This document shows positions 1-9,531 of a DNA stretch of 36,871 nucleotides, piece by piece. The DNA is from a virus (Duplodnaviria > Caudoviricetes), in IMG/VR virus record IMGVR_UViG_3300020432_000020, positions 1 through 36,871 of that record; one strand, 5' to 3'. Positions within the stretch are counted from its first letter, which is position 1. The number at the start of each line of letters is the position of its first letter. Under the pieces are notes generated by a model. That model was given only the letters and a program-made list of their open reading frames with translations, had not been told where the DNA came from and ran no database searches. Both the position numbers and the translations under genes were made by a program.

Positions 1-414
1 GAGCACCATTACAGGCGCTCTAGGCAGCATAGGAAGCAAAATAACATCAACTCTAGGCAATGTGTTAGGTATTGGGGGAGGTAGTGCTGCTGGCGCTGCT
101 GCTTCATCTGCTGCTGGGGGAGCTGCTGGTACTTCTGCCGCTACAGCCGCAGCCGGAGGCGCTGCTGGCGGGGGATTAATGGCTGGTGGAAAAGCTGCTT
201 TAGCGACTGCTGGAACTGCCATAAAAGCTGTCGGAGCAAAAGCATTAGCTTTAGCAACAAATCCTCTCACTCTTGGCATAGCTGGCGCAGCTCTATTGGC
301 TGACTCTTTGGATGATAGCGGTACTATGTCTAGTAATGCTGGAATGTTAACCACTCCTGTAGGTGACGGCACTGGTCAGTTTGATATAGCAAAATTTGCT
401 AGTGGTGCTCAATT
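1..414 (+). repeat. Terminal overlap, left copy
   Basis: Aligns to 36455-36871 with 14 substitutions and one 3-nt (GCT) indel, counted by eye. Confidence 0.97.
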
Positions 415-1030
415 CACTGGATTTACCAGAAGAAAAACAGAAGGAGAGGCTAACAATGTTATTGACACTTTTAGAACATTAGACAATACACTAACAAATA
501 TAGCGACTGCTGCTGGTCTTGATGTTAACTTGAGCGCATCCAACTTTATTGGCAGAAATGAAAAGGGTAAAGGAACTGGTGCGTTTTTTGGTTTAGCAGA
601 CGAAGATGGAGGCAGCGCAGGAGATTCTTTAGATTCTCAGTTAACTGATTACTCAAAAAGGTGGTTGACGTTAGTTGCTGGTCAAAACCAAGTAAACAAA
701 GCAGACTTAGACTCGCTGCTAGCCTTGGGTAGTCATACGGCTATCGTTGATGCTGTAACAGCAGAAGCAAAGCGTAGAAATTTGATTGACGGCAGCCATG
801 CGGGGGGTGTAAATAGCATCCCTTATGATGGTTATATTGCAGAGTTACACAAAGGCGAAAGAGTACAAACAGCAGCAGAATCAAAAAGATCAGATTTTAT
901 GGTTGCAGAAATGAGCACTCTAAGAGGAAATCTGAATGAGCTTATGCTTGTTGTTGCGAAAGCTGTCAATAAGACGGCAAGAATAGAGTCAAGATGGGAT
1001 ATAGACGGTCTGCCACCAACTAGGACTTAA
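2..1030 (+). CDS. Tape measure protein, C-terminal part (continuation of 34323..36871; about 1053 aa when joined)
   Basis: The frame is open from base 2 and in frame with the ORF running off the right end. Ala/Gly-rich, with the C-terminal motif DGSHAGG...DGYIAELHKGERV typical of tape measure C-termini. Confidence 0.9.
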   Translation, partial: STITGALGSIGSKITSTLGNVLGIGGGSAAGAAASSAAGGAAGTSAATAAAGGAAGGGLMAGGKAALATAGTAIKAVGAKALALATNPLTLGIAGAALLADSLDDSGTMSSNAGMLTTPVGDGTGQFDIAKFASGAQFTGFTRRKTEGEANNVIDTFRTLDNTLTNIATAAGLDVNLSASNFIGRNEKGKGTGAFFGLADEDGGSAGDSLDSQLTDYSKRWLTLVAGQNQVNKADLDSLLALGSHTAIVDAVTAEAKRRNLIDGSHAGGVNSIPYDGYIAELHKGERVQTAAESKRSDFMVAEMSTLRGNLNELMLVVAKAVNKTARIESRWDIDGLPPTRT

Positions 1031-1032
1031 TA

Positions 1033-1935
1033 GTGAAATTAATAAAATCGCAAGCAGTTACAGACACAACTCTCACATCTAGCTCAGTTCCAGAGAATGA
1101 TTACGCTGCGTGGAGTAGTGCGACAACTTACGCAGACGGTGATTACGTTATTGTTACAACTCCTAACATTCATAAAATTTATAAATCAAAACAAAACAGT
1201 AATACGAATAATGACCCAGTAACAGATACAACTAACACTTACTGGTCAGACGAAGGTAGCACTAATCGCTGGAAAATGTTTAATCAAACTATTCAGCAAC
1301 AAACCTCTAAGGCTGGTGGTTTTGATGTTCGTATTACAGCGGGTCAAATAGTAAATGGGTTGTCGGTGGTCAATGTTGACACTCAATCAATAACCGTTGA
1401 AATGGTAGACCCTTCAGAAGGAACTGTTTTTAATCAAACCTACAGCATGGTTTCTGACTCCGGCATACAAAGCTGGTATGACTACTTTTTCACACCAATT
1501 ACTAGAGACAGCGATTTGGCAATATTAGGTCTGCCAAATTATGCAAACGCCTATATAGATGTAACTTTCACAGACACAGGAACCGCTAAATGCGGAGCGT
1601 TAGTTTTGGGAACGGTTGAAACAATAGGTGATTCACAGTATGGGGCTAGTTTTGGTATTATTGATTATTCGCAAAAAACTACTGATAGCGCAGGAAATGT
1701 AACCATCACGGCTGGCAGGTATAGCGATACAGCAGATGTTGATGTCATTATTCAAACTGGTCGTTTTGCGCAGGTGAAGAAAATACTAACTGATGTAAGA
1801 ACAACGCCTAGCGTTTGGATTACAGAAGAAAATACAGATGGTACGATAATTTACGGATACTTTAGGGAGTTCAGTATTTTAATGACTAACCCAACGGTAT
1901 CATTAACTACATTGTCTATTGAGGGCTTAACATAA
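1033..1935 (+). CDS. Tail-tip/structural protein (300 aa) with an N-terminal carbohydrate-binding-like motif
   Basis: Directly after tape measure; GTG start; motif AAWSSATTYADGDYV...IYKS...W resembles small CBM5/12-like modules; TAATG coupling to the next gene. Confidence 0.7.
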   Translation: MKLIKSQAVTDTTLTSSSVPENDYAAWSSATTYADGDYVIVTTPNIHKIYKSKQNSNTNNDPVTDTTNTYWSDEGSTNRWKMFNQTIQQQTSKAGGFDVRITAGQIVNGLSVVNVDTQSITVEMVDPSEGTVFNQTYSMVSDSGIQSWYDYFFTPITRDSDLAILGLPNYANAYIDVTFTDTGTAKCGALVLGTVETIGDSQYGASFGIIDYSQKTTDSAGNVTITAGRYSDTADVDVIIQTGRFAQVKKILTDVRTTPSVWITEENTDGTIIYGYFREFSILMTNPTVSLTTLSIEGLT

Positions 1936-2930
1936 TGACTGTCCCAGCAATAACTCCATTGCCTACAGCGCCAGCAAGAACGGATGCTCCGGCAACATTT
2001 AATAGTAGAGCTGATGCTTTTCTAGGAGCAATGTATTCACCGTTTTCTACAGAAATGAACGCATCAATAACAGCGTTCAATACTGACTTTACTACAGTAA
2101 ATACTAACGCTACAGCGGCTCAAACATCAGCTACCAACGCAGCAACCTCCGAAACCAACGCCGGAAATAGCGCCACAGCAGCCGCGACCTCCGAAACGAA
2201 CGCTGCCTCATCTGCTGCTTCTGCCGAAGCAAATTGGGATTTGTTTGATGACACTTTTTTAGGTTCAAAATCATCCGACCCTACCGTCAACAATGATGGC
2301 GACCCTCTTACTACTGGGTCAATGTATTGGAATAGTACATCAAATGCGCTGCGAATATACAATGGTGCAAGCTGGCAAAACACAGCAGCTATTACAACTA
2401 GCGTCACAGTAGGTCAAATTACAGACCTTGGAACCAATGTAGGAACATTTTTACAAACTCCATCAAGTGCAAATCTAGCAGCAGCGGTAACAGACGAAAC
2501 AGGTTCGGGGGCTTTGGTTTTTGGAACATCACCAACGCTAGCAACTCCTGATATTGGTACGCCTTCGTCAGCAACCTTGACAAACGCGACAGGCTTACCA
2601 CTTACCACAGGGGTAACAGGCGAGCTAGGCTTTGCTAACGGCGGCTCTGGAGCTATAACGCCACTATTAAAAGGTGTTAGCTATACGGCTGTAAATCGTG
2701 ACTATGTTGGCGTTACTGCTGGCGGTATTACAGTAACTTTACCAGCAAGTCCTACGGCTGGGGATACGGTTTCTGTCAAAGACATGACAGGCGCAGCCGC
2801 GACTTCCAATTTTACAGTCGCTAGAAACGGCTCTAATATAGCGGGGTCAAATACAGACCTAACATTCGATAAGAATTGGGCTGAAATAGTTTTAACCTAT
2901 GTTGATGCAACGGTGGGCTGGAGTGTATGA
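1935..2930 (+). CDS. Tail fibre/anchor protein (331 aa) ending in a T4 gp9/gp10-like beta-sandwich domain
   Basis: A/T/S-rich coiled stretch (AATSETNA twice), fibre motifs FDDTFLGSKSSDP and ANGGSG, and C-terminal VTLPASPTAGDTV.VKD..G...RNG..I.G...L.Y....GW. Confidence 0.8.
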   Translation: MTVPAITPLPTAPARTDAPATFNSRADAFLGAMYSPFSTEMNASITAFNTDFTTVNTNATAAQTSATNAATSETNAGNSATAAATSETNAASSAASAEANWDLFDDTFLGSKSSDPTVNNDGDPLTTGSMYWNSTSNALRIYNGASWQNTAAITTSVTVGQITDLGTNVGTFLQTPSSANLAAAVTDETGSGALVFGTSPTLATPDIGTPSSATLTNATGLPLTTGVTGELGFANGGSGAITPLLKGVSYTAVNRDYVGVTAGGITVTLPASPTAGDTVSVKDMTGAAATSNFTVARNGSNIAGSNTDLTFDKNWAEIVLTYVDATVGWSV

Positions 2931-4477
2931 CAAATCTATCAGAGTTACTTCCTGCGGGAGGTGGACAAAATAACGTAGATTTTACGGCTGATTCTACAGG
3001 CGTTAATTCAGGAAAACCTTGCATAATAAATAGTGACGGCACTATATCTGAAGTCGCTATGTCAGCATTGACTAATTATGGATTAGACCAATCAGCTAAC
3101 GCACTGATAGCTGCTGGTAATGTTAGCGGTAATATGGGTCAAATGGTCTATGTTAGAAAAGAGGATAGATATTATTTTTTCTGGGGCTATTCAGCACAAA
3201 TTAAATATGTCTCATTTACTGTTAATGATGCTGGTACGTTTGCTATATCAGGAATAGGCACTGGCCCATCTAATTTATACAGCAATAAATACTGTAGTTT
3301 TTGTTATGACCATCACACAGGAAGAGGTGCGTATACCTATAATTATGCATACGCTGGATATAGCAGCTCTCAACTTTATTACGGAACGCTGGATTTCAAC
3401 AACGGAAGTGTAACTTTTGGAAGTGCGCAATCTGGTAATTATTATTCAATAGGCGGTTATTGTTGCTCTGATAATAAAGGCAATATTTTATTCGCCTATG
3501 AGCAATATCCTTTTAATTTGCCTTATGTATTTTCAGCCGTTTTGCCGTCATCAGGAGGTCTTGCGAATATTAGTGGTGAAAATAATTTAGAGAGTAACGG
3601 TGGATACTGGCATACTCACTACCATATAGAATACATACCGCCGGAAGATAAATTTCAGGTTGTACATTCAAATAGCAGCAATGTTGGCAGAACTACTTTT
3701 GTTACTTTAACAGGTGCAGGTAGCACACCTTCAGTGGGTAGTGCTGGAAACATTTGGAATAGTAGTGAACCTACAGGACATTTGCCGTATTTATCGTATG
3801 ACCCTGTAAGCACTTATATGCTTTTTATTTATAATAATTCCTCTAACTATCCAGCGGCAGTATGCGGGTATACAAATTATTCATTTTGGAATCCGATAGG
3901 ACAGACAGTAATAGAAAGCACTACAACAAGTAGCAATCAATGGACAAAAGATGTAAAAGCTCATGAAAGTGGCAATGTCGCATTTACATACGAAAGAAGC
4001 ACAAACACTTTGCCTAGCAGAGTAAAAATAGCAACATTTACTTATGGCTCTACTTCTTTTAACTGGCAGGCAGGTCCGTGGAATTTATATTCTGACGCTA
4101 CAGCAACAACAGTAAGATTGGGCGCAGGTATAGGAAATGGTAGAATGGCGTATGCTGCCTGCATGGACAACTATCAAACGTCTACAGCGTTTCCAAGTAA
4201 CAATATGGGTAAAGCGGGATTGATAAAAATGCCAGCAAGCAATAAAGACGGCACTAATCTTTTAGGGCTAGCTGCTGGTGCTATAGGTGCAGGACAAAGC
4301 GGTACAGTTAATATTTGGGGTTCGCGCAACGAGGTACAAACAGGACTAACAGCAGGAAGTGATTATTATGTACAAGGTGATGGAACCATATCAACAGATA
4401 GCACATCATCATCAGCAGAATTGATAGGTCAAGCTATATCTACCACACAAATAAATATTCGGGATTATAACAAGTGA
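2927..4477 (+). CDS. Putative receptor-binding/virion appendage protein 1 (516 aa)
   Basis: ATGA overlap; N-terminus MTNLSELLPAG and C-terminal GLTAGSDYYVQGDGT...IGQAISTTQINI shared with the next two genes; S/G/N/Y-rich beta-strand interior. Confidence 0.75.
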   Translation: MTNLSELLPAGGGQNNVDFTADSTGVNSGKPCIINSDGTISEVAMSALTNYGLDQSANALIAAGNVSGNMGQMVYVRKEDRYYFFWGYSAQIKYVSFTVNDAGTFAISGIGTGPSNLYSNKYCSFCYDHHTGRGAYTYNYAYAGYSSSQLYYGTLDFNNGSVTFGSAQSGNYYSIGGYCCSDNKGNILFAYEQYPFNLPYVFSAVLPSSGGLANISGENNLESNGGYWHTHYHIEYIPPEDKFQVVHSNSSNVGRTTFVTLTGAGSTPSVGSAGNIWNSSEPTGHLPYLSYDPVSTYMLFIYNNSSNYPAAVCGYTNYSFWNPIGQTVIESTTTSSNQWTKDVKAHESGNVAFTYERSTNTLPSRVKIATFTYGSTSFNWQAGPWNLYSDATATTVRLGAGIGNGRMAYAACMDNYQTSTAFPSNNMGKAGLIKMPASNKDGTNLLGLAAGAIGAGQSGTVNIWGSRNEVQTGLTAGSDYYVQGDGTISTDSTSSSAELIGQAISTTQINIRDYNK

Positions 4478-7400
4478 CAAATCTTAGTGAGCTGTTTCCT
4501 GCGGGCGCTGGTAAAGAGGTAGATTTTACAGTCCAGCAAAATAACACGACTACCACTTATGCCGTAACGGTTTCAGGTGGTGATTTTTATATTGATGGCA
4601 CACAACAACCAACATTGACGCTTACAGAGGGAAGCACATATAAATTTGACCAAGCAGATAGTACAAACAGCACACACCCTCTCAGGTTCTCGACTACATC
4701 AGACGGAACGCATGGCGGTGGAAGCGAGTACACTAGCGGTGTTACTACTAATGGAACAGCAGGTAGTAGCGGCGCATACACACAAATAGTCGTGCCTGTA
4801 GGTGCTCCAACGCTATATTATTATTGTTCTGCACATAGCGGAATGGGCGGCACGTTAAACATAGTGCAGCCAGCCGATAATATTTCACAAAATGGCAAAG
4901 CGGTTGTTTTAAATTCTGACGGTACTGTTACAGGCATCAGAGAATATGAAGTAACTGAGGATTGGCATAACGGTACTCAAATGACAAGTTATGATGTCAC
5001 TAATGAGGTGCTAGATGTTCAATACAGCCGTTTTATGGATGTGTTTGGAATATCATGGAAGAAATCAAGCAATTATTATGTAGAGGCGGTATTCGCTAAA
5101 TTAAACTCATCTACTAATGCCGTACAAGCTGGAACAGTCGTTACTCAAACGAGCTATGCGGATTATAACTCTCGTTCCTATATACCAATGGCTTTTGACA
5201 CAGAGTCACCCTATGGCGTTTTAATTGCTAAAAATAACCCATCTAATGTTGCTGTGAATTGTTTAGAGATAGGTAGTGGCGCTAACCCTAGTTTGACAAT
5301 ACCAACGTCTACAAGTTGGAACGAAACAATACAATCACCATTTGTATTATTTCATCCAGATGTTAGTGACGCTACAAACCGATATTTTATCTGTTTTTAT
5401 TATGCTTCTGGTTATATAAAATTTTTATATATTACACTGACGTTAAGCAATCCTGTTGGTTCTGCGACAAATTCAGTGAGTAGTTTTTCAGTTGGCGCAG
5501 CTACAACACTAGGCACAAGCGGTTCTCAATTAGTAGGTGCTTGTTATAACAGCGATTTGAATATAATGACAGCTATGTATTACAGCTCTAATTTTGGTAC
5601 GGCGGTCATTAGGTCAATGCATACTACTGATAGAGTTACTACTTACAATAGTCCTGAACAAACATTGAGTGTCGGCTCTATGGCAAATACAGGCGCTATT
5701 GTCTATGCGAAAAATGCTCAAAGAGTTGTTTGTATGTTTAATGATACCAATACACAGCAACTTAAAGAGATGATATTTCAACAAGGTTTTAGTGGTTCTA
5801 ATCCTACTAACAGCAGTAATTTTGGATTAATTACAGCCTATTCAGGAACCTTAAACGCTAATACAGCTAATTGGCTTGGTTTGTCTTATAACGACGATAC
5901 CCAAAAATGTACAGTAACCTTTACACCACAGGCTGGTAATGTACCTCAATATATGGAGGGTATTTGTGGCCCTAACCAAGTAGCATGGGGAACAAATGCT
6001 TATGTCTTTGGTTCGTCTGGCGCATCTTATTCTTGTCAAGTTAGAGACTATACAGATGCCAAAAATATATTTGTTTGGCAAATGGGTACTGGTGGAACAT
6101 TTGATTGGGGTTCTTCTGGAACGGCAACACGTTTATATCTAAGGTCGCAACAAGGTGGCGGTACATTAACGACATTAAGTAAAGATTCTAATATTTTAGG
6201 AATTACTAATGGAGCTGCTGCTGCTGGCACTACAGCGAAAATAACTATTAAGGGTGGCATATATAGCAATGCTAATCCTTTAGCCACTACTGGCCCTTCT
6301 GGTGGCTCTGTGGTTGCTTTTGAGTCAGCCTCATCAGGTAGTGACCCTATTTATGAAATAAAATCTTGTTATGACACTGTTAGAAATCAGATAGTTGTAG
6401 CGTATGCAATATATGAGTCAGCAATAAGTTGTTATAAGGCTTATGTAGTTTGTGGAAGTGTTGGCTCTGGTACTACGACATGGGGAACGCCTGTGCCTGT
6501 AGCGCCTTCATATAATTATACGTTGCATCAACTGGCGATAACGTATGATACAGGTCAGGACAGAGCACTATTAGCCTATCGTGACCAAGGTGCAAGCGGA
6601 GACCAAGAGCTGGTAGTTATAAGTTTTAGTGGTACAGTGCCGACAATTCATGCTGTGACATCTACTAATAACCAAATGGCTGGACCAGATATGGTCTATG
6701 ACGCATCAGCAGGCAAACACGTTATTGTTTATAACGTCGATAATTATAGCAATCACCGTTATGCCAGAGTTGTAACGGTAGATGCGTCTACAAATACTTG
6801 CTCTATAGGTAATATGACACTGGTTAGTAATCATAATTCTCCAACATATAACAGCAGTATTGCGTATGACTCAAATTTACAAAAGTCAATTATATGTTGG
6901 TATCAAGCTACTCCTAATCAAGGGGTAAGGGCAAAGACGTGTGAAATAGCGTCTGGTGCTACTGTGGTGACATTAGGCACAGAGACTGAAATAGTTGCGT
7001 CAAGTTACGGACAGATTCGAGAAAATCATCTCGTCTATGACTCTAATGCGCAAAAAATAGCTGTAGTATTTTCAGAAACTGCAAGCCCTCATAAAATTTG
7101 GTCTAGGGTTTTGAGTGTTAGTGGTACGACAATAACACCAGAAACCGTTGCAGAGGTTACGGATAGCGCAGGTATTGATAACGACTATCAAGCGGTAGGC
7201 GTAGATTTTGATGCGACTACAAACAAACTATTTTGTTGTTATGAAAAAGAATCAGGTAGTGGTTATATGTATGGCTCTGTCGGTACTATTTCAGGAACGA
7301 CAATGTCGTGGGGTTCATCTTCTGCAATTAATTCAGCGTCAGTAGAAAACATGGACCATACGACCTATGTTCAATATGATACTAACGCAGGGAAATGTGT

Positions 7401-7596
7401 TGTGTTGTATGCGCTAAACTCTGGCAACTCTGCGGCGCAAGTGTTAACTGAAATTAATACTGGTGGATTAACAGCGCAGTCCGATTATTATGTGCAGAAT
7501 GACGGCACTTTAGCGACAACGCCGTCAACAAAAGCAACCAAGAAAATTGGCAAAGCCTACACAACAACCCAATTAAATATTGAGTACACATCATGA
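4474..7596 (+). CDS. Putative receptor-binding/virion appendage protein 2 (1040 aa) with a cupredoxin-like domain and two beta-propeller-like inserts
   Basis: GTGA overlap; same terminal motifs as its neighbours; HPLRF...YYYCSAHSGM motif; seven repeats of (Y/F)D....K/R/Q-hydrophobic in the second half. Confidence 0.75.
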   Translation: MTNLSELFPAGAGKEVDFTVQQNNTTTTYAVTVSGGDFYIDGTQQPTLTLTEGSTYKFDQADSTNSTHPLRFSTTSDGTHGGGSEYTSGVTTNGTAGSSGAYTQIVVPVGAPTLYYYCSAHSGMGGTLNIVQPADNISQNGKAVVLNSDGTVTGIREYEVTEDWHNGTQMTSYDVTNEVLDVQYSRFMDVFGISWKKSSNYYVEAVFAKLNSSTNAVQAGTVVTQTSYADYNSRSYIPMAFDTESPYGVLIAKNNPSNVAVNCLEIGSGANPSLTIPTSTSWNETIQSPFVLFHPDVSDATNRYFICFYYASGYIKFLYITLTLSNPVGSATNSVSSFSVGAATTLGTSGSQLVGACYNSDLNIMTAMYYSSNFGTAVIRSMHTTDRVTTYNSPEQTLSVGSMANTGAIVYAKNAQRVVCMFNDTNTQQLKEMIFQQGFSGSNPTNSSNFGLITAYSGTLNANTANWLGLSYNDDTQKCTVTFTPQAGNVPQYMEGICGPNQVAWGTNAYVFGSSGASYSCQVRDYTDAKNIFVWQMGTGGTFDWGSSGTATRLYLRSQQGGGTLTTLSKDSNILGITNGAAAAGTTAKITIKGGIYSNANPLATTGPSGGSVVAFESASSGSDPIYEIKSCYDTVRNQIVVAYAIYESAISCYKAYVVCGSVGSGTTTWGTPVPVAPSYNYTLHQLAITYDTGQDRALLAYRDQGASGDQELVVISFSGTVPTIHAVTSTNNQMAGPDMVYDASAGKHVIVYNVDNYSNHRYARVVTVDASTNTCSIGNMTLVSNHNSPTYNSSIAYDSNLQKSIICWYQATPNQGVRAKTCEIASGATVVTLGTETEIVASSYGQIRENHLVYDSNAQKIAVVFSETASPHKIWSRVLSVSGTTITPETVAEVTDSAGIDNDYQAVGVDFDATTNKLFCCYEKESGSGYMYGSVGTISGTTMSWGSSSAINSASVENMDHTTYVQYDTNAGKCVVLYALNSGNSAAQVLTEINTGGLTAQSDYYVQNDGTLATTPSTKATKKIGKAYTTTQLNIEYTS

Positions 7597-9155
7597 GTAA
7601 TTTAAGTGAATTACTGCCTTCTGGTAGCTCTGGCAAAAAAGTAAGCATGACTGATAGCGGTTCAGGAATAGCTGCGTCAAAGCCAGTTATATTAGAAAGT
7701 GATGGAACGGTGAGCCAAGTTGTTCAAAGTCCAGCAGGATTTGCTAGTTTCGGCACAATAGGTTCATTAGGTTCTTTTGGCGATATGTCAGAAAAACAAA
7801 GCTGTCTAATATATAACGAGACTCTACAAGTTTGGTATTATTTTTGGCGACGCAGTAATGGTTACTTATATTATTCATGCTTTTCTTACTCGGGCGGTAC
7901 GTATACCGTTCACAGGGCAACAACTTACGCTGGTTATTCATTAGCTAGTAATGGTTTTTTAACGGCTGGTTATGCAAAGGACCTCAACATGGGAGTTATA
8001 TGCTTTCCTGAAGTAACAGGGTATGGCGCTAACAGACCTAGGGTTTCATCTATAGACTTTCCAACAGACCCAGCAAATGCAATAACTATAGGCAATGCAT
8101 CATTTCAAATAGATTATTATGGAGCGTGGGCATCTGTTGCCATTAAGGATAATGGTGACGGCGTTGTGTCGTATTGTGATATTTGGAGTAACGTATATAA
8201 CTACGCTTTGGGGTTTCAATTACTGAGCTGGGGAGCATTTAATCAAGGTAGTGCTCAAGGGGTTAGATACAACGGTTCACAAAATGGATTTCAACCAATT
8301 ACTTATTCACCAGATGGCGATAGGTGGCTAATTGCTACATTTGATAGTAGTTATTACTGGTATATACACGTATTCAGCATCAGCACTTACAACATTTCGA
8401 GCGTAGGTAGTTTTTATTTGAACAGTAGTGGAACAATGTGGCCCTCTGACTCAATGAAACTAGCCTACGATAGGAACCATCAACGATTGCACGTTTTTTA
8501 TGGTAATAACTGGTCATCCGGTTATCCGCAAAATGAAATTTATTCTTGGTCAAGTACAGGCTACACCGGAATGACCTATCAAACTGGCGGTACTTTACAA
8601 AGTACGTCAATACAATCGGATTATTATGCAACAGACCTTGATTACAACAGAATAGATAAAAAAGTATTTTATGCGTGGAGAAAAGACGCAGGTAATACAG
8701 CAAGCGATACTGTTCCTTGGTATTACATTCAAAGTGGTTCTTTTGGTCAAACCAGTGCAGCATATTTGTGGTCTGCATCTAGTCCAACAAACTTCACAGG
8801 GAAAGTTAATTTGGCTGCTGCTACTGATACTACGCAAGTAGGATTTGGCATAGTAGGTAATACAGGTGGAGGTAGTAGTGTTTCGAGTTTATCTCCTTAT
8901 GAGTATCACGGCCAAAGCACTAACCTAACGGCTAGCAACTTCTTTGGAGTTTCAGCGGGGGCTATTAGTGCGAGTGCTAGTGGTGATATTGCAGTTAATG
9001 GAGGTACAATAGGCGGGATTACATTAACTCACGGCGCTGGCGTAAACTACTATGTACAGGATGATGGCTCTTTTGGGCCTAGTGCTGGCTCGTTTGATGT
9101 CAAAGCAGGTTTGGGGCTAGGCAATTCAACCTTATTATTGAAAGGAGTTTTTTAA
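7593..9155 (+). CDS. Putative receptor-binding/virion appendage protein 3 (520 aa)
   Basis: ATGA overlap; MSNLSELLPSG start, KPVILESDGTV, C-terminal NFFGVSAGAI...YYVQDDG...AGLGLGNSTLLL. Confidence 0.75.
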   Translation: MSNLSELLPSGSSGKKVSMTDSGSGIAASKPVILESDGTVSQVVQSPAGFASFGTIGSLGSFGDMSEKQSCLIYNETLQVWYYFWRRSNGYLYYSCFSYSGGTYTVHRATTYAGYSLASNGFLTAGYAKDLNMGVICFPEVTGYGANRPRVSSIDFPTDPANAITIGNASFQIDYYGAWASVAIKDNGDGVVSYCDIWSNVYNYALGFQLLSWGAFNQGSAQGVRYNGSQNGFQPITYSPDGDRWLIATFDSSYYWYIHVFSISTYNISSVGSFYLNSSGTMWPSDSMKLAYDRNHQRLHVFYGNNWSSGYPQNEIYSWSSTGYTGMTYQTGGTLQSTSIQSDYYATDLDYNRIDKKVFYAWRKDAGNTASDTVPWYYIQSGSFGQTSAAYLWSASSPTNFTGKVNLAAATDTTQVGFGIVGNTGGGSSVSSLSPYEYHGQSTNLTASNFFGVSAGAISASASGDIAVNGGTIGGITLTHGAGVNYYVQDDGSFGPSAGSFDVKAGLGLGNSTLLLKGVF

Positions 9156-9512
9156 ATGCAAACTATTACAAAAGATAACTTATCTCTGTATATATATGCG
9201 GATGATGTCGTTATTACTTCCACAGAAGCACATATACAAATAGGCGCAGATGACGCAGAGCCACAAGATAAAATGATTATAGCGGATTTAAATTCTAGTA
9301 ATGCGGTTGTTCATACTGGCGTAACATCACCAGATGATTGGTCTGGAGCAAAGTATAATTTTGACGGAACAAACTGGACTAGAAACGCAGATTGGACAGA
9401 CCCGCTAGTCTTTCAACTGCGCGCAGACAAAGAAATGTATACTTATCGCGGAGCGAGTGAAACATTTACTACTGCTATACAGACAGAGATTGATAGAATC
9501 GAGGCTCTATAA
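9156..9512 (+). CDS. Hypothetical protein, possibly a fibre assembly chaperone (118 aa)
   Basis: AAGGAG RBS; follows the fibre genes; acidic; motif PDDW.G.KY.FDGTNW..N.DW. Confidence 0.7.
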   Translation: MQTITKDNLSLYIYADDVVITSTEAHIQIGADDAEPQDKMIIADLNSSNAVVHTGVTSPDDWSGAKYNFDGTNWTRNADWTDPLVFQLRADKEMYTYRGASETFTTAIQTEIDRIEAL

Positions 9513-9531
9513 TGAGTTTTGGAGCCAGTAA

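Noticed and set aside
1-414. Physical direct terminal repeat of the virion DNA
   Set aside because: True terminal repeats are identical; these differ at about 4% of sites and cut through a gene, which fits an assembly overlap.
62-1030. Independent 322-aa gene starting at GTG 62
   Set aside because: The frame is open from the window edge and continues the tape-measure ORF that starts at 34323.
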